From: a virus
Taxonomy: Duplodnaviria; Caudoviricetes
DNA length: 48,688 bases
Virus record (IMG/VR): IMGVR_UViG_3300044631_002939
Span: 1-48,688 of that record
Direction: 5' to 3' (one strand)
Notes under the pieces: model-generated
Database searches by the model: none
What the model was told of the DNA's origin: nothing
What the model saw: the letters and a program-made list of their open reading frames with translations, nothing else
Shown here: piece after piece, positions 37,959-45,663 of the stretch
Position numbering within the stretch: position 1 is the stretch's first letter
How the letters are laid out: each line of letters opens with the position of its first letter
Position numbers and translations under genes: made by a program

Positions 37959-39224
37959 ATGCCTGAACCACAGGGCCGTACCCCGTTTGCGGTGGTGCCA
38001 ATTGAGCTGCTGGAGGCCAGCGCCGAATCCAAGGGCAGGCTGCTGGCCTACTGCTGGCTTTGGCACTACGCCGGACCGGAAGACAGGGCCGATCCGTCTC
38101 TGGCCACCTTGTCAAGGAAATGTCGGATGCAGCGCACTGCCCTATCAGAGGAGCTGGCATGGCTGGAAGCCGAGGGCTGGATTTCAGGGGAGCGCCGTCC
38201 GCATCAGTCGAACGTGTACCGAGTGCGTCACCAGCCAAGGCTGTCCAAATCTGGCACTGGGGGTAGTGCCAAATCCGGCACTGGGGGTAGTGCCAAATCT
38301 GGCACTGGGGGTAGTGCCAAATCTGGCACTGGGGGTAGTGCCAAATCTGGCACTGGGGGTAGTGCCAAATCTGGCACTGGGGTAGTGCCAGATTTGGCAC
38401 ACAAACAAGAAGCTTTAACAAGAAAAGAAGAAATCCAAGAGAAAGACCCCCTTACCCCCATTGATCCGGCGGAGCCGTTGGCAACGGTTGGACCCGATCC
38501 GAAGCCAGCGCCAACAGCCCCAAAGCCGCCAGCAGCGCCAGAGCCCGCCGCAATGCAGCCAACGGCCATCGCCCAGCCCCTGGAACCGCCGGCTGCGGCC
38601 ATCGAGCCCCAGGCGCTTGCAGCGCCATGCCCAAACCCATTGGCGCCCATTGCTGCCCCAATGGCGCTGAGCAGCCCCCTGGCGGGGCCCCAGGAGGCCG
38701 CCGGACCCATCGCCGGGCACATGGAGCCGGCAGCCCCCTGCAGCCCCCCTGCAGCCGCCAAGCCGACCCGCAAAGGCCGCAAGCCAGCCGGGCCGGTGCC
38801 GCTGCCCCCCGATGCTCCGCCGCTGGAGCCAGCTGAGCTGGAGGTGCTCACGGCCTGGTGGCAGCTGCGCTGCGAAAAACACCCCAGGGCCAATTGCACC
38901 AAATTGGGCGCCGGCAACTTGGCGGCCATCGCCGCCGCCGCAGATCGGGGCGTGCTGCGGGCCTACCTGCACAAGGGCGAGATGGCCGGTTGGCAATCCC
39001 TTGACCACGCCGGCAGAGCTGAGGCAATCGAGCGCCTGGCCGCGGCTCACCAGCTGGCCACCAACCCCCGAGCCGATTTTCCCGGTGGGGGCCTTCATCC
39101 CGAAAACAGGATGTATGATTCGCGCAGACCGAACCCCGGTCAACCCAGCCGCCGCCAGCAAACCATGGCTCGGCTCAACAACCTGTTCAAACCCGAGGAT
39201 GGAGGCCCCGATGATCACCCATGA
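37959..39224 (+). CDS. Replication initiator (N-terminal winged HTH, lambda O-like layout)
   Basis: PFAVVP..LL, LLAYCWL, PSLATLSRKC....LAWLEAEGWI....SNVYRV. Internal iterons, A-rich tract, Pro/Ala linker. Confidence 0.8.
   Translation: MPEPQGRTPFAVVPIELLEASAESKGRLLAYCWLWHYAGPEDRADPSLATLSRKCRMQRTALSEELAWLEAEGWISGERRPHQSNVYRVRHQPRLSKSGTGGSAKSGTGGSAKSGTGGSAKSGTGGSAKSGTGGSAKSGTGVVPDLAHKQEALTRKEEIQEKDPLTPIDPAEPLATVGPDPKPAPTAPKPPAAPEPAAMQPTAIAQPLEPPAAAIEPQALAAPCPNPLAPIAAPMALSSPLAGPQEAAGPIAGHMEPAAPCSPPAAAKPTRKGRKPAGPVPLPPDAPPLEPAELEVLTAWWQLRCEKHPRANCTKLGAGNLAAIAAAADRGVLRAYLHKGEMAGWQSLDHAGRAEAIERLAAAHQLATNPRADFPGGGLHPENRMYDSRRPNPGQPSRRQQTMARLNNLFKPEDGGPDDHP
38245..38400 (+). repeat. Iteron array/putative replication origin: six ~24-bp tandem repeats plus one inverted copy
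   Basis: Unit CCAAATCTGGCACTGGGGGTAGTG containing dyad GTGCCA-N4-TGGCAC. Followed by an A-rich tract at 38401-38447. Confidence 0.85.
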
Positions 39225-39729
39225 CGATCTAGCCAACGTGCTGTTGGGCCTCCAAACACTGCACCGCTTTGCCAAGCGGCTGGAGCCAGAGGATCTGCAG
39301 TTTGCATACTTGACACTGCCGCCCTGTGCTCGGCAGGAGCTCACGCCCGAGCTGTTGGTTTTTGCCAGCCAGCAGCTGCTGCTGGATCCAGAGCCGGCCG
39401 CGGCCATGGCCCCCCACCTGGCTCTGTTGCGCTACCTCTACCCCTGCAGCACTGGTCGCGACCCAGACACCAAAGGTGTGGTCGTCAAAACCCCGGAGCC
39501 GGCCAAGGGGCTGCGCTTCGATTTGCCTCAACGGCTGGCCAACCCAGACAGTTTTCACCCTCTCTGGGTGCCGTTCGAGCAGCGTCAGCCGGCCCTGCCC
39601 CCAGCGCCGGACCGGCCAACGCCGCAGCCCAGCCGGGCTCAGCGCATTGAACGCCTCGAACGGCTGGCCGCGGCCACCGGTGTCACGAACCCCCGTTTAC
39701 CTGCCCATCAAGAACTTGCCGCCGCATGA
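39211..39729 (+). CDS. Hypothetical protein (possible helicase loader/P analog)
   Basis: MITHDDLANVLL..., GGAGG upstream, overlaps the end of the initiator gene. Confidence 0.65.
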   Translation: MITHDDLANVLLGLQTLHRFAKRLEPEDLQFAYLTLPPCARQELTPELLVFASQQLLLDPEPAAAMAPHLALLRYLYPCSTGRDPDTKGVVVKTPEPAKGLRFDLPQRLANPDSFHPLWVPFEQRQPALPPAPDRPTPQPSRAQRIERLERLAAATGVTNPRLPAHQELAAA

Positions 39730-40046
39730 ACATGATTCAGGAGCTGCACGAACTCACATCCCGTGGCCGGGCTGCCGATCAGGCCGCCGGGCTTACCCGG
39801 GCGGTGGCAACCCAGGCATCCGCCGGCCGGCTGTTGGCCCTTGGGGTGCTCAAAGGCCGGTGGCCATTGGAAGCATTTGATGAGCCATCCGGCTCGGCCG
39901 TAGAGGCCAGGGCCTGGCGTGCTGCCCATGGCTTGCCAGAGATCCCCCATCGCAATTCAGCTCGCGACTGGATTGAAAGCCATGCCGATGAGTGGGATGC
40001 AATGCTGCGCCAAGAATTGGCCGCAGAGCTGGGTGCAGCGGCATGA
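39726..40046 (+). CDS. Hypothetical protein
   Basis: ATGA-coupled 106-aa ORF. Confidence 0.7.
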   Translation: MNMIQELHELTSRGRAADQAAGLTRAVATQASAGRLLALGVLKGRWPLEAFDEPSGSAVEARAWRAAHGLPEIPHRNSARDWIESHADEWDAMLRQELAAELGAAA

Positions 40047-40267
40047 AGGGCTTGCCTATTGGCACCATCGTGCGCCGCCCCTGGGGCAAGGCCAGTCAAG
40101 CCGGCGCTCAGGGCCAGATCATCGGCAGCTTGGTTTGGGTGGATGCCAAAAAACGGCAAATGCCCTATTACCAAATCCAGCGCCAAGGGCCCGGCGGCAA
40201 GCCGTTCTTTGATTGCTGGCCTGTCTCCCATTGCCAGCCAATTGATATGGAGAATGGACTGCCCTGA
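40043..40267 (+). CDS. Hypothetical protein
   Basis: MKGLPIGTIVRRPW..., ATGA overlap. Confidence 0.65.
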   Translation: MKGLPIGTIVRRPWGKASQAGAQGQIIGSLVWVDAKKRQMPYYQIQRQGPGGKPFFDCWPVSHCQPIDMENGLP

Positions 40268-40541
40268 GTGCGGCGGCACCCGCCGGGTGCTGGCCACAAA
40301 CCGTGTAGTGGGGCGAGAAACCGTGACGCTGCCATCAACCGGACAGCAGACGCAGCGAACCCGCTGCGTGCGGCGCAACGAATGTGTGAGCTGCGGTTAC
40401 CGCTGGTATTCGCTGGTGACCGAGCGGGAAATCTTTGACGAAGACATTCACTGGCTGCCCAAAGCAGCCAAAGGTCGTAGCAAGGTGCAAATTCGAGAAG
40501 CCGGCCGCCCGTCTGATGCATCACCCAAGGCTCAGCCATGA
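40254..40541 (+). CDS. NrdR-N-like zinc-ribbon protein
   Basis: MDCPECGG.RRV..T.......VRRNECVSCGYRWYS..E. Confidence 0.75.
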   Translation: MDCPECGGTRRVLATNRVVGRETVTLPSTGQQTQRTRCVRRNECVSCGYRWYSLVTEREIFDEDIHWLPKAAKGRSKVQIREAGRPSDASPKAQP

Positions 40542-40813
40542 ACTGGCCTCCATCCCCCGGCATGGCAGCCACCATTGCTGCGTTGGCCTTGCCTCGCTAC
40601 GGCTGGGGCGTGATCACCACCAAGGGAGAGTTTGCGGTGGTGCCTGTGACGAACTGGGCCCACGCCCAGCGCACCATGCCCTACCAATGGCTGAACACTC
40701 ACCGGCTGCAGCCGGCCCCGCCAGGTGAAACCCTGCCCCTGGTGGAGGAAACCTGGCAGCTAATTCTTAAGCGCCGCAGACAGGCAAATCTCTATTTGCG
40801 GAAGCTTGCATAA
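40538..40813 (+). CDS. Hypothetical protein
   Basis: ATGA-coupled 91-aa ORF. Confidence 0.65.
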   Translation: MNWPPSPGMAATIAALALPRYGWGVITTKGEFAVVPVTNWAHAQRTMPYQWLNTHRLQPAPPGETLPLVEETWQLILKRRRQANLYLRKLA

Positions 40814-40992
40814 TGCCATACAAACGACCTGAATTTAGAGACGCGCCTCGACCCATCACCGTGCAACGGGCGTTGTATTTAATTGCTGAGCAAGAGTTGG
40901 CCAGGCAACAGCAAGCCGAGTTAGCGCTAGCTAAGCCGCGATCGCAATTTGATCTTGAACGAATTGGGGCCGCCTTGGTACAAAATCTCTGA
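40813..40992 (+). CDS. 59-aa hypothetical protein (not in ORF track), overlapping integrase 3' end
   Basis: TAATG coupling. MPYKRPEFRDAPRPITVQRALYLIAEQELARQQQAELALAKPRSQFDLERIGAALVQNL. Confidence 0.45.
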   Translation: MPYKRPEFRDAPRPITVQRALYLIAEQELARQQQAELALAKPRSQFDLERIGAALVQNL

Positions 40993-42282
40993 TACAAAAT
41001 GCAAAAACACTGGGCGCAGCAGTTCATCAGTGGCGTGGCTTAGCGCGTCTGGGGAGCGGAACAGGTTTTCGTAAAGGCCAGGCCAGGCTTCCGCTGGCAA
41101 CGCCTGCATCGTGATGATTTGATCTCGGAGACGAACGATTGAGGTTCCTAGCCCCGTCACCCCCTGGTCCTGCAGCTGCTCCAATTGCGCCAACTGCTCG
41201 CGGTAAGTCAGCAGCTCAGGGCAACCCACTTCTGGTGGTTCGGCTCCCTCAAGCGCCAACCGGGCCATGCGCCGCGCAGCACGGCGCACCAACACATCAA
41301 TTACTGCCGATCGCAGCGTGTCTTCTCGAACCCCCTTCCCCACGTAACAGCAACCGGGGCGTTTGCAGGCATATCGCGCCACGCCGGGGCCGTGAACATT
41401 TGGTTTTTGATGCCATTGCAAATTTTTACCGCACCCCTCGCAACGAATCAGGCCGCTAAATAAATGCCTAACGCTGGCGGCTCGTTGCATTGGGCCCTGG
41501 CTGCGGGTTTCCAGTTGGCGTTTGATCAGCGTCCATTCAGCCGGTGAGATCAGCGGAGTGGTGCGACCCCATTCAATTTCTGTGTAGTCCTGCGTGCCGC
41601 TGGGGGCCCCCCGGCCCAGTCCGCCGCGCAAAATCGGATTGTGCAGCCAACCGGTTAAACCGTGAGATGAGTATTGCCTCGGGAAATCAGCAGGCAGGGC
41701 CTTCAGTGTTGCGTAGATATTGCATTCGTGCTGAATGATCAATTCAACCAACTGCCTGGCTGCAGTCCAGGTAACAGGTGATGGCACAACCTGCCCGTCA
41801 ACGTGGGCATAGCCAAACGGCACAGGCCCCCTGCCTGCATAACCTGCCTCCCGCCGCCGCCGGATGCCATCGCGCACCTTGATGCTGATCATGCGGGAGG
41901 TCACGCGATTCATCACGCTCATCACCCCGGTAAGAGCGAGCCCACTCACCGTTTGGTTCTCCAGCACCATCCCCTGCAGATCAGCGACCGTGCAGCCGGC
42001 GCAATGGCATTCCTCTAGAAAATCCTGATCAGATCCGTCTCGTGCCAATCGCGACAGGTCTACCACCAGTACCTTGGCCACCAGCCCCTTGGCCACCAGG
42101 GCCCTTAATTCTTCCCACCCCGGCCGCCGCTGGCCTGAGTAAGCGCTCCCGCGTTCCACGATCACGCGATCGCAGCCAGCCTGCTGCATGTCCCATTGCT
42201 GCCCCTCTACGGAGGTGTCTTGCGCCTCCTTGCCGGTGCTAACGCGCACATACCCAACGATTAGCCGGCCTACACGGTCCAT
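40927..42282 (-). CDS. Large serine recombinase (integrase)
   Basis: GYVRVST (catalytic Ser), RPG, DLSRLARD, PFGY, LHNPILRG, zinc ribbon LFSGLIRCEGCG...YACKRPGC, coiled coil. Confidence 0.92.
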   Translation of the reverse strand: MDRVGRLIVGYVRVSTGKEAQDTSVEGQQWDMQQAGCDRVIVERGSAYSGQRRPGWEELRALVAKGLVAKVLVVDLSRLARDGSDQDFLEECHCAGCTVADLQGMVLENQTVSGLALTGVMSVMNRVTSRMISIKVRDGIRRRREAGYAGRGPVPFGYAHVDGQVVPSPVTWTAARQLVELIIQHECNIYATLKALPADFPRQYSSHGLTGWLHNPILRGGLGRGAPSGTQDYTEIEWGRTTPLISPAEWTLIKRQLETRSQGPMQRAASVRHLFSGLIRCEGCGKNLQWHQKPNVHGPGVARYACKRPGCCYVGKGVREDTLRSAVIDVLVRRAARRMARLALEGAEPPEVGCPELLTYREQLAQLEQLQDQGVTGLGTSIVRLRDQIITMQALPAEAWPGLYENLFRSPDALSHATDELLRPVFLHFVSEILYQGGPNSFKIKLRSRLS

Positions 42283-42289
42283 TGGTGCC

Positions 42290-42337
42290 TGGGTCGAAAA
42301 CGGCAGTCAAGCAATCTTGAGGTGCGTTTTCGACCCA
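42290..42337. other. Putative attP site
   Basis: 48-bp dyad: TGGGTCGAAAACG/CGTTTTCGACCCA outer arms and TCAAG/CTTGA inner arms, centred on AA (42313-42314), 7 bp from the integrase start. Confidence 0.75.
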
Positions 42338-42344
42338 ACCCCAA

Positions 42345-43085
42345 ATGCCTCCCAAGCGCCCATCTTCCGCCGCATTGACGGCGGAAATCGTGCCCACAGC
42401 CCCCGCCCAGGGCGGCCCAGACTCCAGCCCCAGGGCGGCTTTACTGCCGATCAGCAAGCTGATACCAGATCGAAAAAATGCCCGCCGGCGCACGCCCCGT
42501 TCTCGCGACATGTTGGCCCGCTCGATGGAGGAGTTTGGCGCTGCCCGCTCGATCGTGGTGGATGAAAACGGCCGGGTGGTGGCCGGCAACGGCACGGCGG
42601 AAGCGGCCATAAATGCAGGCATAGACAGGGTTTTGTTCATCCCCAGCGATGGGAACACCCTGATTGCCGTCCAACGGTTCGATCTGAGTGAAACCGAAAA
42701 AACCAGCCTGGCCCTGGCCGACAACCGCACCAGCGACACATCTGAATTTGACGGGGCGATGCTTGCCCAGCTGGTGGAGGAGGATGCCCAGCTGGACGTC
42801 TCCCCCTGGTTTTCCGAGGAGGAATTTGCCGCGCTGGTGGCCGGTGACCAGGTGGATGAGGATGAGACGGAGCCGCCGCCCCCCCCCAGCAAGCCCAATT
42901 CAGGGCTTGAGATCAAGCTGCAGTTCGCAACCCAGGCGGAGTTCGATCGGTTTGGCTCCCTGCTGGTGCAGCTTGCCGCCGCCCTGCCCGAGCCGGCGGA
43001 GCTGACCGGCCGGCTGGCACTGGTGATCGAGGCCTACCTCGACCGTGGAGAACGCCAGCGCCAGCGCCGGCAGCCCAGGGCATAG
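42345..43085 (+). CDS. ParB/Srx N-terminal-domain protein
   Basis: ISKLIPDRKNARR, SMEEFG....IVVDENGRVVAGNG..EAA, LALADNRTS. Confidence 0.8.
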   Translation: MPPKRPSSAALTAEIVPTAPAQGGPDSSPRAALLPISKLIPDRKNARRRTPRSRDMLARSMEEFGAARSIVVDENGRVVAGNGTAEAAINAGIDRVLFIPSDGNTLIAVQRFDLSETEKTSLALADNRTSDTSEFDGAMLAQLVEEDAQLDVSPWFSEEEFAALVAGDQVDEDETEPPPPPSKPNSGLEIKLQFATQAEFDRFGSLLVQLAAALPEPAELTGRLALVIEAYLDRGERQRQRRQPRA

Positions 43086-43096
43086 GCCGCAGCCAG

Positions 43097-43207
43097 CGGA
43101 GGCGGTGGGGGCGGTGGCCGCGGCGACCCCGCCCTTGCCAGATCGTTACGGGCGTGCTACTATTTGTTCACCGGGGCCGAGGGGCCCCACCACCAACACC
43201 AGCCATG
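43097..43207 (+). promoter_or_regulatory. Repeated early promoter/stem-loop module, copy 2
   Basis: TTGCCA (43135-40), 17 bp, TACTAT (43158-63) with TGn extension, hairpin 43173-88, CCAGCCATG. Near-direct repeat of 43431..43546. Confidence 0.88.
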
Positions 43208-43387
43208 AACTCTTACGTCGTCTCCGTCGCCGGTCCCACACCTACCTGGATCCGCTGGAACTCAGACACCAATTTGCCGTGTTTCACATTCAACCTTCCA
43301 GAAGGTGTCAGCCTCCCTGATGCCAAGGCCCTTAAGGCTCGCGCTGACATCTGCTGCGGCGGCACTCTGAGCGTTGTTGAAGCCTGA
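43205..43387 (+). CDS. Hypothetical early protein (60 aa)
   Basis: ATG directly after module copy 2 (MNSYVVSVAGP...). Confidence 0.7.
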   Translation: MNSYVVSVAGPTPTWIRWNSDTNLPCFTFNLPEGVSLPDAKALKARADICCGGTLSVVEA

Positions 43388-43430
43388 CGGCATCCGCGCA
43401 CTCTTCTTTGTCGTCACCCACCCACGCCAT

Positions 43431-43546
43431 CGGAGGCGGTGGGGGGCGGTGGCCGCGGCGCCCCTTTGCCCTTGTCAGACCGTTACGGGCGTGCTACTAT
43501 TTGTTCACCGGGGCCGAGGGGCCCCACCACCCAACTGCCAGCCATG
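43431..43546 (+). promoter_or_regulatory. Repeated early promoter/stem-loop module, copy 3
   Basis: TTGTCA (43472-77), 17 bp, TACTAT (43495-500), the same hairpin, CCAGCCATG. Confidence 0.88.
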
Positions 43547-43945
43547 ACCAACTACCTCCTTTCCACCACCGTTGTCCCTAATGGAGGAGACGGGATTTGG
43601 GAAATCCAAACGACCACCGCCTCGGCGGTCAAAGTAAACCTTACCCAGAACTGGGTCTCGGCCGTAGGCCATGAAAGTACAGCCACAATTATGAGCGAGG
43701 TGCTAAATATCGGGATCCCCGTAAACCGAGTACCCATCGCCCCACGGCCAGGCGATAAACTGTTTTGCTTCAAGCTTAAGGGGCGTGCGCCAGAAGGCGT
43801 TGTTCTCGACCTGGAAGAGATTGAAAAGATGGGGTACGAGTGGCTGGTAATGACTTACCACGGCACGTTAGGCGCCGCACTAGACGCACACCATCGATAT
43901 ATGGCGGATTACATAATGGCCGTCCGCTGTCATCCTGGCTTTTAA
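43544..43945 (+). CDS. acrIII-1: DUF1874 (STIV B116/YddF) family anti-CRISPR ring nuclease AcrIII-1
   Basis: SAVGHESTA, VNR, GDKL..FKLKGR.PEG.VL.LEEIE..GY match the conserved GH, NR and R..EG motifs of DUF1874. Confidence 0.88.
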   Translation: MTNYLLSTTVVPNGGDGIWEIQTTTASAVKVNLTQNWVSAVGHESTATIMSEVLNIGIPVNRVPIAPRPGDKLFCFKLKGRAPEGVVLDLEEIEKMGYEWLVMTYHGTLGAALDAHHRYMADYIMAVRCHPGF

Positions 43946-43963
43946 TTTTTTTCTCGGTTACTG

Positions 43964-44221
43964 GTGACCACTGACCCCACGGCCGCGGCCAGGATGCAGC
44001 GGTGGCGCGATCGTCAGAAGGGGCTGGGGCCGTTGCGGGATCGGCCCACCTGCCAGAGCTGCGGGAAGCGGCACACCGGCGCCAAAGGCCCTTTCTGCCG
44101 CCTTTGTTGGCAAAGCCAAACCACAGAAGGCCGGGCGGAGCGAGCCGCCAGAGTCGCCAAGGCCAAGGCCAAGGCCAAGGCCAAGGCCGATGCCACTCAG
44201 AACCCCTGCATCCGCCGCTGA
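43964..44221 (+). CDS. Small basic zinc-finger protein
   Basis: GTG start. DPTAAARMQRWRDR, CQSC...CRLC and a (KA)n tail encoded by AAGGCC repeats. Confidence 0.7.
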   Translation: MTTDPTAAARMQRWRDRQKGLGPLRDRPTCQSCGKRHTGAKGPFCRLCWQSQTTEGRAERAARVAKAKAKAKAKADATQNPCIRR

Positions 44222-44280
44222 CCCTATTTGTAATCATTGCCAGATTACCAGATTGTTAACCCTCACTTTTTGTTTTTACA

Positions 44281-44934
44281 ATGACTAAACCCGTCTGGTT
44301 CACAAAGTTAGAACGTGACCTGAACGCTCCAGTTATCATGGCGCCGGATGGTGCGGCAATCGACTGGGATCGGTGTCGAGATCTATTTCTGGTTCCACTG
44401 CTCCAGCGTCTGGAGAAGCGCTCCAACAGCCCGCACCCTGCCATCGTGCGGGGACTGCTGCAGCGGCGCCTCGCGGGGGAGGATGTGACGGCTGAGCTGT
44501 CAGCCGCCAACGCCGACGCCAACGCCGCCGCCGCCGCCGCCGACGACGCCGACGCCACCACCTGGGCCAACTATGCCGCCACCTGGGCCAACTGTGCCGC
44601 CAACCTGGCCGCCGCCGCCGTTGACGCCGCCAACTGGGCCGCCAACTGGGCCGCCGACGCCGACGCCGATGCCGAACGCGCCGACCAGGTGGCTGACCTG
44701 CAAGCCGCCGTGGCCGCGTCTAGCCGGCAGCCAGCGCTGCCGGCTAGATGCGGCCACATCACAGGTCTTGACCGCGAACTGCAGGCAGTTTTCTATACGG
44801 CCTGCAACAGCGAGGGGGGTTCCGCTGACGAGATCTATCTCAGGGGGATCCACGCAGTAATCGCGCAAGCTGCCGGTGGAGTGAAGGCCAAGGCCAAGGC
44901 AACAGCCTCTGACAAGCCGCAAACTGGGGCATAG
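44281..44934 (+). CDS. Hypothetical Ala-rich repeat protein
   Basis: 217-aa ORF with AANW/AAD low-complexity repeats. Confidence 0.7.
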   Translation: MTKPVWFTKLERDLNAPVIMAPDGAAIDWDRCRDLFLVPLLQRLEKRSNSPHPAIVRGLLQRRLAGEDVTAELSAANADANAAAAAADDADATTWANYAATWANCAANLAAAAVDAANWAANWAADADADAERADQVADLQAAVAASSRQPALPARCGHITGLDRELQAVFYTACNSEGGSADEIYLRGIHAVIAQAAGGVKAKAKATASDKPQTGA

Positions 44935-44945
44935 CGGCTAAAACC

Positions 44946-45155
44946 ATGCCCACAGCTGGCAGCAACGGCACACCAGCGGAAGCCCAGGGCCAGGCCGCAC
45001 CCCCCGCGATCGACTGGGCCAACGTGGCCAGTGAGGTGAGGATCATGCGCCAGCTAAATAAGCGCCCTGGCCAGCACCGCCAGGGCCCAAAAAGCCAAGT
45101 CCCCACCACCAGCCACCAGCTGAACATCACCGGTAGCCGCCCCATGCAGCCGTGA
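44946..45155 (+). CDS. Hypothetical protein
   Basis: 69-aa ORF in operon orientation. Confidence 0.45.
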   Translation: MPTAGSNGTPAEAQGQAAPPAIDWANVASEVRIMRQLNKRPGQHRQGPKSQVPTTSHQLNITGSRPMQP

Positions 45156-45208
45156 CGCATTGGCGCATTGATGCCGTGTTGCCTACCCTGGTGAATCGCC
45201 ATTGATTC

Positions 45209-45661
45209 GTGAGCAGACTCCCTGCGCCAAAACCTGCGGGGGGTGACGGCTCAAAGAAATCAGGCAAAAAAAACCAGCCAACAAAGTTAGAAAAAATATT
45301 CAGAATACGGGAGCTGCAGACACTCTGCAGAAATGGCTACAGCCCGCTGGAATTGCGTAATCATTGCGAAAAGAAGTGGGCAATGCCGCGCCGCACTGCT
45401 AGTAAATATATCAAGGAGATGTATGAATCCCTTGAAGAAGCGCTTACCTGCATCGACAAGCGGCGCATAGCGCTGATTGTGTATTACCGCTTGGAAAATA
45501 GCTATAAAGTTGCCAGGGCGGCGAATAATCCCAGCGCCATGATTCAAGCCTGTGTGGCGCAGGCAAACCTGTTTGTGGAGCGGGCCCCGGATGACGCTGT
45601 TGCGGCCAACCAGCAGAGCCGAGAGGCAGCTGTTATCGACCCGGATGAGGATTTTGATTAG
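45209..45661 (+). CDS. Putative terminase small subunit
   Basis: HTH-like basic N-terminus and acidic C-terminus; ends 2 nt before the large terminase. Confidence 0.65.
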   Translation: MSRLPAPKPAGGDGSKKSGKKNQPTKLEKIFRIRELQTLCRNGYSPLELRNHCEKKWAMPRRTASKYIKEMYESLEEALTCIDKRRIALIVYYRLENSYKVARAANNPSAMIQACVAQANLFVERAPDDAVAANQQSREAAVIDPDEDFD

Positions 45662-45663
45662 CG

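Noticed and set aside
38245-38400. 24-bp tandem repeats as a CRISPR array
   Set aside because: No unique spacers; the repeats are contiguous, coding and inside a replication initiator.
44159-44188. AAGGCC microsatellite as a phase-variation switch
   Set aside because: A hexamer unit keeps the frame and only changes the KA tail length.
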